DNA from: an uncultured Hyphomicrobiales bacterium
Lineage (GTDB): Bacteria > Pseudomonadota > Alphaproteobacteria > Rhizobiales > CAZSNL01
Reading direction: 5' to 3'
DNA: 64,000 nt
Assembly (NCBI GenBank): GCA_964608275.1
Contig: CAZSNL010000001.1
Location: 9,088-73,087 of the forward strand
The notes beneath the pieces are model-generated. The model was given only the letters and a program-made list of their open reading frames with translations. It was not told the DNA's origin and made no database searches. The stretch's first letter is position 1. Every line of letters begins with the position of its first letter. Below are positions 28,804 to 37,716 of this stretch, in pieces. The translations under genes were made by a program, and so were the position numbers.

Positions 28804-28837
28804 CTTGACAGTAGCCGACACGATCTTGACATCGCGC
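28804..28837. promoter_or_regulatory. bipartite direct repeat CTTGACAG-N13-CTTGACATCGCGC (copy B), between the AraC gene stop and the ABC importer
   Basis: CTTGACA occurs at 28804-28810 and 28825-28831 (21-bp period), followed by TCGCGC. It lies 109 nt upstream of the SBP start. A -10-like TACTAT (minus strand, 28776-28781) sits 23 nt downstream. Confidence 0.55.
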
Positions 28838-28863
28838 CGGCGGCGTGGCCGGCGGGAGTGCGG

Positions 28864-29922
28864 TCACGCCATGGCACGATCCCGCTCGGCGGCCGCCCGC
28901 CGGTATCTCTGTGGCGACATGCCCGTCCACAATCGGAACGCGCGACTGAAGGCGGACAGCTCCGAATACCCGAGCGCAAGGGCAGCCTCGGTGAGGCTTA
29001 TGTCGGGATCGGCGACATAGCGCAGGGCGAGTTCCTGGCGCGCGGCCCGTACGATGTCGTTGAACGAGGCACCGTGTTCCTTGAGCCGTCGCTGCAAGGT
29101 GCACGGCGTCATGCCGAAGCGCTCTGCAACGCCCTTCAGCGTGGGCGCATTCGGCGTTCCCAGTTCCAGTTTCACATGGTGCCGCAAAAGCTGGACGAAA
29201 TCCTGCGGCACCGCCCGGCTGGCGCGCCGGTGGGCGAGATATTCCGAAATGAGAACATGCAGATACGGGTCGGCGTTGGGCATGATGGTGTCCGCATCGG
29301 ACTTGCGGAGCGCAATGGCATTGGCGCGCTGGGAGAAGATGACTGGGGCGCCGAAACGGCGCTCGTGTTCCGCCGGATCAAGCGGTGCGGAATGCTCGAA
29401 ATGTATCTCCAGGGGCCGCCAGTCCCTGCCCAGTCCATGCCTGAGAATGTTGAGGAACATCCCGAGTGACAGTTCGGCGTCCTGCCGACGCGAAGGGATG
29501 CGCTTGTCGATGATCTGATAGGAGAGCCATAGAAGCCCGTCATCTTCCGACAGCGTGAGTATGCTGTTGTCCTGGTGAGCCGGGAAGTACCGCACGAGAT
29601 TGGCCAGCGCGGAGAAGACGGTAGGTGAATTTATCGCGACGTAGCCGATCGGACCGAGACGCTGGGGGGCGAAATCATCGCCGAACCGCAGTCCGAAATT
29701 GTCGTTTCCCGTCTGCCTGGCCGCTTCCTCGAACAGCGCGCAGAACTGCGTCAGATCGAGCTCGTTATAGGGGCTCTCCAAGATCCGCTCGTCTATCGAG
29801 GCCCTGGCGAAGATCGCGCCGACGTCTCCATGGTCGCGGGCGATCGCGTCCGCCACGCCGTTGGCGGCCGCCGCCAGAACCTTCGGCGGCAAGAACTCGG
29901 AGATATCTGAATTCCCGGACAT
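28864..29922 (-). CDS. AraC family transcriptional regulator with N-terminal ligand-binding-type domain
   Basis: The C-terminal double HTH reads LKGVAERFGMTPCTLQRRLKEHGASFNDIVRAARQELALRYVADPDISLTEAALALGYSELSAFSRAFRLWTGMSPQRYR. Confidence 0.85.
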   Translation of the reverse strand: MSGNSDISEFLPPKVLAAAANGVADAIARDHGDVGAIFARASIDERILESPYNELDLTQFCALFEEAARQTGNDNFGLRFGDDFAPQRLGPIGYVAINSPTVFSALANLVRYFPAHQDNSILTLSEDDGLLWLSYQIIDKRIPSRRQDAELSLGMFLNILRHGLGRDWRPLEIHFEHSAPLDPAEHERRFGAPVIFSQRANAIALRKSDADTIMPNADPYLHVLISEYLAHRRASRAVPQDFVQLLRHHVKLELGTPNAPTLKGVAERFGMTPCTLQRRLKEHGASFNDIVRAARQELALRYVADPDISLTEAALALGYSELSAFSRAFRLWTGMSPQRYRRAAAERDRAMA

Positions 29923-30024
29923 CTACTCTTCCCTCGAGGTGTCGCGGGTCTCTCGCTACAGGGCCACAGGGACGGCCTGCCTCCCATCCCTCGACACCGT
30001 TATCTGCTTACGATCTTTTGCATC

Positions 30025-30053
30025 ATTATAGACAAGCTCCGCTCCGGTGTCAT
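30025..30053 (-). promoter_or_regulatory. near-consensus sigma70-type promoter pointing at the AraC gene
   Basis: On the minus strand: -35 ATGACA (30048-30053), a 17-nt spacer, then -10 TATAAT (30025-30030). It lies about 100 nt upstream of the AraC start and stands out in a GC-rich background. Confidence 0.45.
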
Positions 30054-30501
30054 GATGCGCCACCGACCGGTGCCTCGGGAAGGTTCCCCCGGCGACGGCC
30101 GGGGACCGGTTCGGTGTTCGAGCAGCCCATGCCCTCTGGCCGGAGGCGGCTGGGCGCCGCAGCACTCCCACAACCGTGGCATGAATTCCTGCTCGCGCCG
30201 CTCGTACCCCTCCCGATTGTTGAAGGCGGGGGGCTTTGTTATCGTGCACATGTGGCAGGCAACCCCGGTGGTGCTCGCCTGACGGGAATCACCGGAAGCA
30301 AGCTGCGGCATTCGGCGATTTGCCAAACATTCACGTGGTTCCGCCGGGCTGGGCCGTGGGAGCGGGTCCGGCAACGCTTCGGGACATCCGCAACGTGGAT
30401 CGGATGGTGAACACCGATAGCAACAATGGGGTGATCTGGGAGGATCATCCATTCCGGGGGGTTGAGGATACTCCTCGGGAGTGCGAGAGGGAGGAACGGG
30501 A

Positions 30502-31632
30502 ATGAAGGATCTTCGGCTGACGCGTCGCCGTATGCTGGTCGGCGCGGGCAACATCGTTGCGGCGGCGGCCCTGACGGCGTCACCGCACTGGCGGGCGCTG
30601 GCTCAAGACGCAAAGGAGATCACCGTCGGGTTCATCTACGCGGCCACCCGCAACGACTACGGCTGGAACCAGGCCCACGCGGTGGCTGCCAAGAAGATCG
30701 CGGAACTGCCCGGAGTGTCGCTGGTCGAGCAGGAACGTGTCCCGGAGACGGCCGAGGTCGTCAGGGTGATGGAAAGCATGATCCAGCTCGACGGGGCGAA
30801 GGTCCTGTTCCCGACGTCCTTCGGCTTCTGGCCGTTCATCCAGGAGCTGGCACCGAAATATCCGGATGTCCTGTTCGTTCACGCGGGAGGCCTGTGGAAG
30901 GAAGGCGATGCGATCAACACGATCGGCTACCGCGGCTACATGGAGGAACCCCACTATCTTTGCGGCATCGCGGCCGGGCGCATGAGCAAGACCGGGAAGC
31001 TCGGGTTCATCGGTTCGAAGCCCCTGTACTTCATATTCAACAACTGCAACGGCTTTGTGATGGGCGCGCGGTCGGTCAATCCCGAGGCCACCTGCCAGGT
31101 CGTCATTACCGGTGACTGGGACAATCCCGTCAAGGAAGCCGAGACGGTGAACGTGCTCGCCGACCAGGGCGTCGACGTGATCGTGGCCAATGTCGACAGT
31201 CCGAAAGTGGCGATCGAGACAGCGGAACGGCGCGGCATCTACAGCTGCGGCTACCACACCGACCTGAGCGACCTGGCGCCGGAAGGCTTTCTCACCGGAG
31301 CGGAGTGGAACTGGGCCAAGGGTGGTGATTTCGTCCAGGCCTGGCAGACCGGTGGGGAGTATCCCAACCTCTACCGTGGCGGGTTCCAGCGCGACATGGT
31401 GAACATCAGCCCGTTCGGAAAGGTGGTTCCCGATGATGTTCGAGAGGAGGTGCTGGCCGCCAAACAGGCGTTCGTTGACGACACCCTGAAGCTCTACAAG
31501 GGACCCCTGCGCGACAACCAGGGGAACGAGGTGCTCGCAGAGGGGCAGGAGATCGCCAACGACGACAACGAGTTCAAGCTCTCCGTGAAGTGGCTGGTCG
31601 AGGGCGCGATCGGCGAGACCGGTCTGCAGTAG
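30502..31632 (+). CDS. BMP family (basic membrane protein / nucleoside-type) ABC transporter substrate-binding protein
   Basis: The ATG at 30502 gives MKDLRLTRRRMLVGAGNIVAAAALTASP (Tat-like). Also ITVGFIYAATRNDYGWNQAH and VIVANVDSP, typical of BMP/PnrA-like binding proteins. Confidence 0.85.
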   Translation: MKDLRLTRRRMLVGAGNIVAAAALTASPHWRALAQDAKEITVGFIYAATRNDYGWNQAHAVAAKKIAELPGVSLVEQERVPETAEVVRVMESMIQLDGAKVLFPTSFGFWPFIQELAPKYPDVLFVHAGGLWKEGDAINTIGYRGYMEEPHYLCGIAAGRMSKTGKLGFIGSKPLYFIFNNCNGFVMGARSVNPEATCQVVITGDWDNPVKEAETVNVLADQGVDVIVANVDSPKVAIETAERRGIYSCGYHTDLSDLAPEGFLTGAEWNWAKGGDFVQAWQTGGEYPNLYRGGFQRDMVNISPFGKVVPDDVREEVLAAKQAFVDDTLKLYKGPLRDNQGNEVLAEGQEIANDDNEFKLSVKWLVEGAIGETGLQ

Positions 31633-31681
31633 TTGGTGCGGAAGTCGACCTCCCGGATCATCGGGTGAGTGAGTTCCCCGC

Positions 31682-32809
31682 ATGACCAACCGTTCCGAGG
31701 CGGACGATGTTGGCCGTCACTCGCTGTCCAGTGCCCATGGTGCTTCGCGCATGGCGCTGGTGACAATGCTCGCGCCCTCGGCTCGCGGCTTCGAAGCGTT
31801 GATCCTTTCGCTCGGCGCCCTCGTGGTCGCGCTCGTGCTGTTCGGGATCTTCGCGGCGATGACGGGTGCTGATCCGATTGCCGTCTACCGGACGCTCTGG
31901 CTGGGGGCGTTCGGTACGCGGTTCTCGATCGAGAACACGTTGACGCTGGCCGCCCCGCTCATGCTAACGGCGCTGTGCACCCTGATCCCGGCGCGACTGG
32001 GGCTCCTGGTCATCGGAGGGGAGGGAGCTCTCGTTGTCGGCGGCCTTGGTGCGGTGCTTGCGGGCGCGCTGCTTACCGGACTGCCGTGGCCGGTGGGTAC
32101 TCTGGCGTGTTTCATCAGTGGCGCCGCGGCCGGAGCCCTGTGGATCGGCTTTGCCGGCGCGCTGAAACACTGGCGCGGTGTCAACGAGACGATTTCGACC
32201 CTTTTGCTGAACTACATCGCGATCGCCGTTCTCATGCATCTCGTGAGCGGGCCGATCCGCGACTTCGCCGTTACGCTGAAGGCGCAGAGCTGGTCGATAT
32301 CGCAGAGCTACATGATCTCCAACATCCCCGGCTGGTCGGTACACTGGGGGCTCGTGATCGGGATCGGCGTGTGCATCGTCATGTTCCTGATCCTGCGCTA
32401 CACGGTGCTGGGATTCTCCATCGACGTTGCTGGCGGCAACGTGCGTGCCGCCGAGATGGCCGGGCTGCCGGTGGGTCGCCTGGTGCTGCTTGCGTCCTGT
32501 CTTGGCGGTGCGGCCGCAGGGTTGGCGGGAGCAATCGAAGTGGTCGCCGTGCACGGCGCGGTGAGCGAGTCGCTGGTCGTGGGGTTCGGCTACACCGGTA
32601 TCCTGGTGGCATTTGTCGCACGCCAGAATCCGCTGGCCGTCATCGTGGTGGCGCTTGTGCTCGGCGGCATTTCGGCGAGCGGCGGCCTGTTGCAGCGGCG
32701 CTTCGACATGCCCGATGCGGCGACCGTTGTCCTGCAGGGCCTGATCTTCCTGTGCGTGCTTGCCGGCAACGCCCTGTCCGGCCGCATTGTCAGAACAGGT
32801 GGCAATTGA
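31682..32809 (+). CDS. ABC transporter permease (BMP/nucleoside-type system)
   Basis: Hydrophobic 375 aa with RLGLLVIGGEGALVVGGLGA and NETISTLLLNYIA. The true start may be the ATG at 31751 (MALVTML). Confidence 0.8.
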   Translation: MTNRSEADDVGRHSLSSAHGASRMALVTMLAPSARGFEALILSLGALVVALVLFGIFAAMTGADPIAVYRTLWLGAFGTRFSIENTLTLAAPLMLTALCTLIPARLGLLVIGGEGALVVGGLGAVLAGALLTGLPWPVGTLACFISGAAAGALWIGFAGALKHWRGVNETISTLLLNYIAIAVLMHLVSGPIRDFAVTLKAQSWSISQSYMISNIPGWSVHWGLVIGIGVCIVMFLILRYTVLGFSIDVAGGNVRAAEMAGLPVGRLVLLASCLGGAAAGLAGAIEVVAVHGAVSESLVVGFGYTGILVAFVARQNPLAVIVVALVLGGISASGGLLQRRFDMPDAATVVLQGLIFLCVLAGNALSGRIVRTGGN

Positions 32810-32810
32810 C

Positions 32811-33737
32811 ATGGAGTTCATTGCAGCGGGCTGGTGGGGCGTACTGATCGCGGTCGTCGGGGGCGCGGTCCGGGTATCGACGCCGTACCTGTTCATCAGC
32901 CTTGGCGAGACGCTGACAGAGCGAAGTGGCCGCGTCAACCTGGGCCTCGAGGGTACCCTTGTCCTTGGCGCGATGACGGGTTTCGCCGTCTGCTATCTCA
33001 CCGGTTCTCCGTGGCTTGGCGTGCTGGCAGCTGGCTTCGCAGGCGCATGCATGGGAATTCTGCACGCGATCATCTGTTCGCTGCCGCGCGTCAACGACAT
33101 TGCGGTAGGCATTGCGCTGTTCATCTTCGGCACCGGGCTCGCCTTCTATCTTGGCAAGCCTTTCATCCAGCCACGCGCACCGATGTTGCCGGCCATTCCT
33201 CTCGGCGCGTGGTCCGACAGCCCGGCAATCCGCTCGGCTCTCGAAATCAGTCCGCTCTTCATCATCGGCATCGCGATTGCGTTTGGCCTCCGCTGGGGCC
33301 TCAAGAACACGCGGTGGGGCCTGTTGCTGCGCATGGCCGGTGACAGCGAGGATGCCGCGCTTGCGCTTGGCCGTTCAGTGAACACGATCCGCCTCCTGGC
33401 CACCACGGCAGGCGGCTTCCTGTCGGGAATCGGCGGTGCGTTCCTCTCGCTCTACTACCCCGGTAACTGGAACGAGGGCCTGTCGAGCGGGCAGGGCCTG
33501 ATGGCGGTGGCGCTGGTCATCTTCGCGCGGTGGGACCCGGTGCGCTGCTTCTGGGCATCGCTGCTGTTCGGCGGTGCCTCGGCGCTCGGGCCCGCGGTGC
33601 AAACCGTTGGCATCACCCAGGGGTATTACCTGTTCAACGCGGCACCCTACGTGCTCACCCTGATCCTGCTGATCTATTCCTCGTCGCCCACTCAGATGCT
33701 GGCGGGCGCGCCCAGGGAGCTCTCGATCTCGCGATGA
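32811..33737 (+). CDS. ABC transporter permease (BMP/nucleoside-type system)
   Basis: The ATG at 32811 is 1 nt after the upstream stop. MEFIAAGWWGVLIAVVGGAVRVSTPYLFISLGETLTERSGRVNLGLEGTLVLGAM. Confidence 0.85.
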   Translation: MEFIAAGWWGVLIAVVGGAVRVSTPYLFISLGETLTERSGRVNLGLEGTLVLGAMTGFAVCYLTGSPWLGVLAAGFAGACMGILHAIICSLPRVNDIAVGIALFIFGTGLAFYLGKPFIQPRAPMLPAIPLGAWSDSPAIRSALEISPLFIIGIAIAFGLRWGLKNTRWGLLLRMAGDSEDAALALGRSVNTIRLLATTAGGFLSGIGGAFLSLYYPGNWNEGLSSGQGLMAVALVIFARWDPVRCFWASLLFGGASALGPAVQTVGITQGYYLFNAAPYVLTLILLIYSSSPTQMLAGAPRELSISR

Positions 33738-35275
33738 CCGGGTCAGTTGAACAGTCTCCTCCCACGGTCGAAGCGATCGAGATTTCCAAGCGGTTCGGCA
33801 GCGTTCTAGCGCTGGATCGTGTTTCCGTACGCTTCGAAGCGGGCAGACTGCATGCCCTCCTGGGAGAGAATGGCGCCGGCAAGAGCACCCTGGTGAAGTG
33901 CCTGCTCGGATACTATCGCCGCGACGAAGGTTCGGTCGTCGTTGACGGCACGCCACAGCCGGTATCGCAGCCGCGCGAGGCCCATGCGCTCGGGATGGGG
34001 ATGGTCTACCAGCACTTCACCCTCGTCGAGCCGATGACGGTTGCAGAGAACCTGATCCTGTCACGGGCCCACGTGCCGGCGATCGTCGACTGGCGGGCGG
34101 AACACGAGGCGTTGCGCGAGTTCATGCGCGGCATGCCGTTCCAGCTTGATCCCGAGCATCCGGTGACGAGCCTTGCGGCGGGCGAGAAGCAGAAACTGGA
34201 AATCCTCAAGCAGCTCTATCTGCGGCGCCGGTTCCTTGTGCTCGACGAACCGACATCCGTGCTCACACCCGACGAAGCAGACGAAGTCCTCGGCGAGATG
34301 CGCCGTCTCGCCGACGAGGGCAGGCTCAGCGTGGTGCTCATCACCCACAAGTTCCGCGAAGTCCTGAGCTTCGCGCAGGATGTCACCGTGCTACGGGACG
34401 GCCGCGCCGTCGCTACCCGTCGGATCGAGGATACCTCGCGGGAGGAACTGGCGAACCTGATGTTCGGAAAGACAGCGGTCAGCTCCGGTCCGGTTACCCG
34501 CGACACCGTAAAGGGAGAGGTCTATCTCGACATCGACAACCTGTCCGCGCTCAGCGACCGGGGAACGCTGGCGGTGGACGGTGCCAGACTCGCGGTACGA
34601 TCCGGCGAGATCGTCGGCGTTGCCGGCGTATCCGGCAACGGCCAGAAGCAGCTCGTGGAGGTTCTGGCGGGTCAGCGGCCGGCTGCCGGCGGGGAGATCC
34701 GGGTCGCAGGTGTTCCCTACCATCACACCCGCCGGGAGATACAGCGTCACGGAGTTCGCCTGCTCACCGAGGAGCCGCTCGCCAATGGCTGCGTGCGTGC
34801 GATGTCGGTGATGGAAAACCTCATGCTGAGGCAGTACGACCGGCCGCCGGTCGCTGCCGGACCGCTGCTGCGGCGCAGCGTGATGCGGCGGCTGGCAACG
34901 GACCTCATCGAGCGCTACCGGATCAAGACCCCGTCGCCGGCGGCGCGGATAGACAATCTGTCAGGCGGCAACGTCCAGCGCGTCGTGCTGGCGAGAGAGC
35001 TTTCGCGGGACGTTCGCCTGCTCATCGCGCAGAACCCGTGCTTCGGACTGGACGCGGCCGCAGCCGATGAGATCCGCGGCCAGATGACCGCAGCCCGCAA
35101 TCGCGGGGCCGCCATCCTCCTCATCAGCGAGGATCTCGACGAGATCCTGGAACTTTCGGACCGCATCCTGGTGATGTCCGGTGGACGCATCGTCTACGAG
35201 GTAAGCCGGGATGCCGCCGATCGGTATGAGATCGGCCGACACATGGCCGAAGGCCGTAAGGACCACGCAGCATGA
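33734..35275 (+). CDS. ABC transporter ATP-binding protein with duplicated ATPase domains
   Basis: The ATG at 33734 overlaps the permease stop (ATGA). Walker A GENGAGKST, LAAGEKQKLEILKQL. Second half GVSGNGQ, LSGGNVQRVVLAREL. Confidence 0.9.
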   Translation: MTGSVEQSPPTVEAIEISKRFGSVLALDRVSVRFEAGRLHALLGENGAGKSTLVKCLLGYYRRDEGSVVVDGTPQPVSQPREAHALGMGMVYQHFTLVEPMTVAENLILSRAHVPAIVDWRAEHEALREFMRGMPFQLDPEHPVTSLAAGEKQKLEILKQLYLRRRFLVLDEPTSVLTPDEADEVLGEMRRLADEGRLSVVLITHKFREVLSFAQDVTVLRDGRAVATRRIEDTSREELANLMFGKTAVSSGPVTRDTVKGEVYLDIDNLSALSDRGTLAVDGARLAVRSGEIVGVAGVSGNGQKQLVEVLAGQRPAAGGEIRVAGVPYHHTRREIQRHGVRLLTEEPLANGCVRAMSVMENLMLRQYDRPPVAAGPLLRRSVMRRLATDLIERYRIKTPSPAARIDNLSGGNVQRVVLARELSRDVRLLIAQNPCFGLDAAAADEIRGQMTAARNRGAAILLISEDLDEILELSDRILVMSGGRIVYEVSRDAADRYEIGRHMAEGRKDHAA

Positions 35276-36783
35276 GCACGCAATTCGAATCGCTGCTGAT
35301 ACGCGGTGGCCGCGTCCTGCGCGGCGATCTCGCCACCACGGCGGAAGCCGATCTTCTCGTCGAACGCGGCTGGATCGCTGCGATCGAACCCGCCGGCACG
35401 ATAACGCGCGAGGGCAGACAGGTATTCGACGCCTCGGACCGTCTGCTGATCCCGGGGCTGGTCAACGCCCACACACATGGCCACGGCGCGCTGGCCAAGG
35501 GCCTGATCGGTGATCGCGTACCGCTCGAGGTTTTCCTGAATGCCAACGGTGCCGTGAACGGCAACCGGACGGTCGAGGACAAGCGGCTGACGGCGAAGCT
35601 GTCGGCGGTCGAGCTTGTCCGCAAGGGGTGCACGGCGTGCTACGACCTGTTTGCCGAGTTCCCGGCCCCATCCCGCGAAGGACTAGACGCCGTGGCCGAA
35701 GCCTATGCGGAAGTGGGCATTAGGGCCGTCGTGGCGCCGATGATGGCCGACCGAACCCTGTTCGAGGCACTGCCGGGCCTGATCGAGTCACTACCGGACC
35801 CTTTGCGCCGGAAGGCCGAAGCCTTGAAAACGGCGCCCTACGAGGTGAGCCTCGAGGCCGCGCGCGACGTCCTCACGCACTGGAGTCACGACCGGGATCG
35901 GATCCGACCTGCGGTCGCGCCGACGATCCCGCTGCACTGCTCCGATGACTTCATGATCGGCTGCAAGCAGCTGGCCGCGGAGTTCGACGTTCCGCTGCAG
36001 ACGCATCTTGCGGAAACGAAGGCCCAGGCGGTGCTCGGAACCAAGAGGTACGGGCGCAGCCTGACGGCACACCTGGAAAGTCTCGGCCTTATCGGCGCCG
36101 GCTTTTCCGCCGCGCATGGAATCTGGCTGGACGACGAGGACATGTCGCGCCTGGGCGCGGCAGGCGCCTCGGTCGCGCACAATCCGATGAGCAATCTTCG
36201 ACTCGGGTCGGGCGTCGCCGCGGTGCGCCGGCTGCTGAGGGCGGGCGTCAACGTCGGCATCGGCACGGACGCGACCAATACGTCGGACGGGCAGAACATG
36301 TTCGAGGCGATGCGGCTCGCCGCCGGCCTCTCCCGCATCGCCGATCCGGATCCCTCCGCGTGGCTGAGCGTCGAGGAGGCATTTGCGGCCGCGACCACCG
36401 GCAGTGCGGCGATCCTCGGCTTCGATCGCGTGGGTCGGTTGGAGCCCGGCTGGCGGGCGGACATCGTCTTCCTCGATCTGGCCCATATCAACTACGTGCC
36501 CTTGCATTCACCACTGCGGCAGATCGTGTTTGCCGAGAACGGCGCGGCCGTGGCCTCGGTCATGATCGACGGGCGCATGATCCTGCAAGACGGGCAGCTG
36601 ACGACGATCGATGAAGCGGGATTGAGGCGCGAAGTGGAGGCGGCGGCACAGAGGCTGGATGCCGCGAATGCGGCGGCCCGGGCGGAAGCGCATGCGCTGG
36701 CTGATCTCGTGGGATGCTTCTGTCTTGCGCATGCCCGTCAGGCGTGGCCTGTCCACCGGCGTCTGCCAGACGACCAGACGTAA
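35272..36783 (+). CDS. amidohydrolase family protein (chlorohydrolase/aminohydrolase, guanine- or 8-oxoguanine-deaminase-like)
   Basis: The start overlaps the ATPase stop. The metal-binding HxH sits in LIPGLVNAHTHGHGAL, with HLAETKAQ, AHGIWLDDED and VGIGTDATN. Confidence 0.8.
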   Translation: MSTQFESLLIRGGRVLRGDLATTAEADLLVERGWIAAIEPAGTITREGRQVFDASDRLLIPGLVNAHTHGHGALAKGLIGDRVPLEVFLNANGAVNGNRTVEDKRLTAKLSAVELVRKGCTACYDLFAEFPAPSREGLDAVAEAYAEVGIRAVVAPMMADRTLFEALPGLIESLPDPLRRKAEALKTAPYEVSLEAARDVLTHWSHDRDRIRPAVAPTIPLHCSDDFMIGCKQLAAEFDVPLQTHLAETKAQAVLGTKRYGRSLTAHLESLGLIGAGFSAAHGIWLDDEDMSRLGAAGASVAHNPMSNLRLGSGVAAVRRLLRAGVNVGIGTDATNTSDGQNMFEAMRLAAGLSRIADPDPSAWLSVEEAFAAATTGSAAILGFDRVGRLEPGWRADIVFLDLAHINYVPLHSPLRQIVFAENGAAVASVMIDGRMILQDGQLTTIDEAGLRREVEAAAQRLDAANAAARAEAHALADLVGCFCLAHARQAWPVHRRLPDDQT

Positions 36784-36962
36784 AAGCTCACGCACAGAAT
36801 CGGCACCAGCGACATATTCGCGATGGCGTCCGTCGCCCTCGTGGAGGGTGCGGCATGCCGACTGCGTGCTTTGACCTTTGACCGAGGTGCCACCACATCC
36901 CTGGGTGTTGATGGGCCGACGTCCTTCATTTCCCATATGCCAACTTCCCCCAGGATCGTGTC

Positions 36963-37679
36963 ATGCCCCAGAAGCGGGAAACCTTCTTTGCCGTGACCGA
37001 AGTGCGGGTCGGCAAGCTGGCTCCGCTGGGAGCCACCGAGGTCCTCAGCGGCATCGACAAGAAGATCGTGCTAGGTCCGGTCACCGCCCGCGCGACCGGC
37101 CTGGACGGCGACGAACAGGGCGATCGCCGTCATCACGGCGGGCCCGACAAGGCGATCCACGTCTACCCGTTATCGCACTACACGCGGTGGGCTGCGGAAC
37201 TGCCCGACCAGGCCGAACTGTTCCGGCCCGGAGGTTTCGGCGAGAACTTCGTCGTCGACGGCGTGACAGAGGCCGACGTCTGTCTCGGGGATCGATTCCG
37301 GCTTGGCGATGCCCTGCTCGAGCTCAGCCAGAGCCGTCAGCCGTGCTGGCGCCTGAATATCCGCTTCGGCAGAGCCGACATGGCGCGGCTGGTGCAGACC
37401 ACTGGACGGACCGGCTGGTATTTTCGCGTGCTGGAGCCCGGTGAGATCACGGCGGGCGGGCCGGCAACGCTCGAGGCGCGCCCGCATCCGGAATGGACGC
37501 TTCAGCGTATCGCCCGGCTGCTTTACCACGACACGCAGAACGAAACCGAGCTCGCCGAATTTGCCGCCCTGCCGGATCTCCCCGAACGCTGGCGCCGGCT
37601 TGCGAAGCGTCGATTGTCAACACGCGGAACAGAAGACTGGACGTCTCGGATCGTCACCCCCGAGGGGGTAGCGCCGTAG
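36963..37679 (+). CDS. MOSC domain-containing protein (YiiM-like)
   Basis: GDEQGDRRHHGGPDKAIHVYP, GENFVVDG, LELSQSRQPCWRL (conserved Cys), GWYFRVLEPG. Confidence 0.85.
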   Translation: MPQKRETFFAVTEVRVGKLAPLGATEVLSGIDKKIVLGPVTARATGLDGDEQGDRRHHGGPDKAIHVYPLSHYTRWAAELPDQAELFRPGGFGENFVVDGVTEADVCLGDRFRLGDALLELSQSRQPCWRLNIRFGRADMARLVQTTGRTGWYFRVLEPGEITAGGPATLEARPHPEWTLQRIARLLYHDTQNETELAEFAALPDLPERWRRLAKRRLSTRGTEDWTSRIVTPEGVAP

Positions 37680-37716
37680 CAGTCGTGCCGCACATGCTCA
37701 CGTGTGGCGCGCGGAG

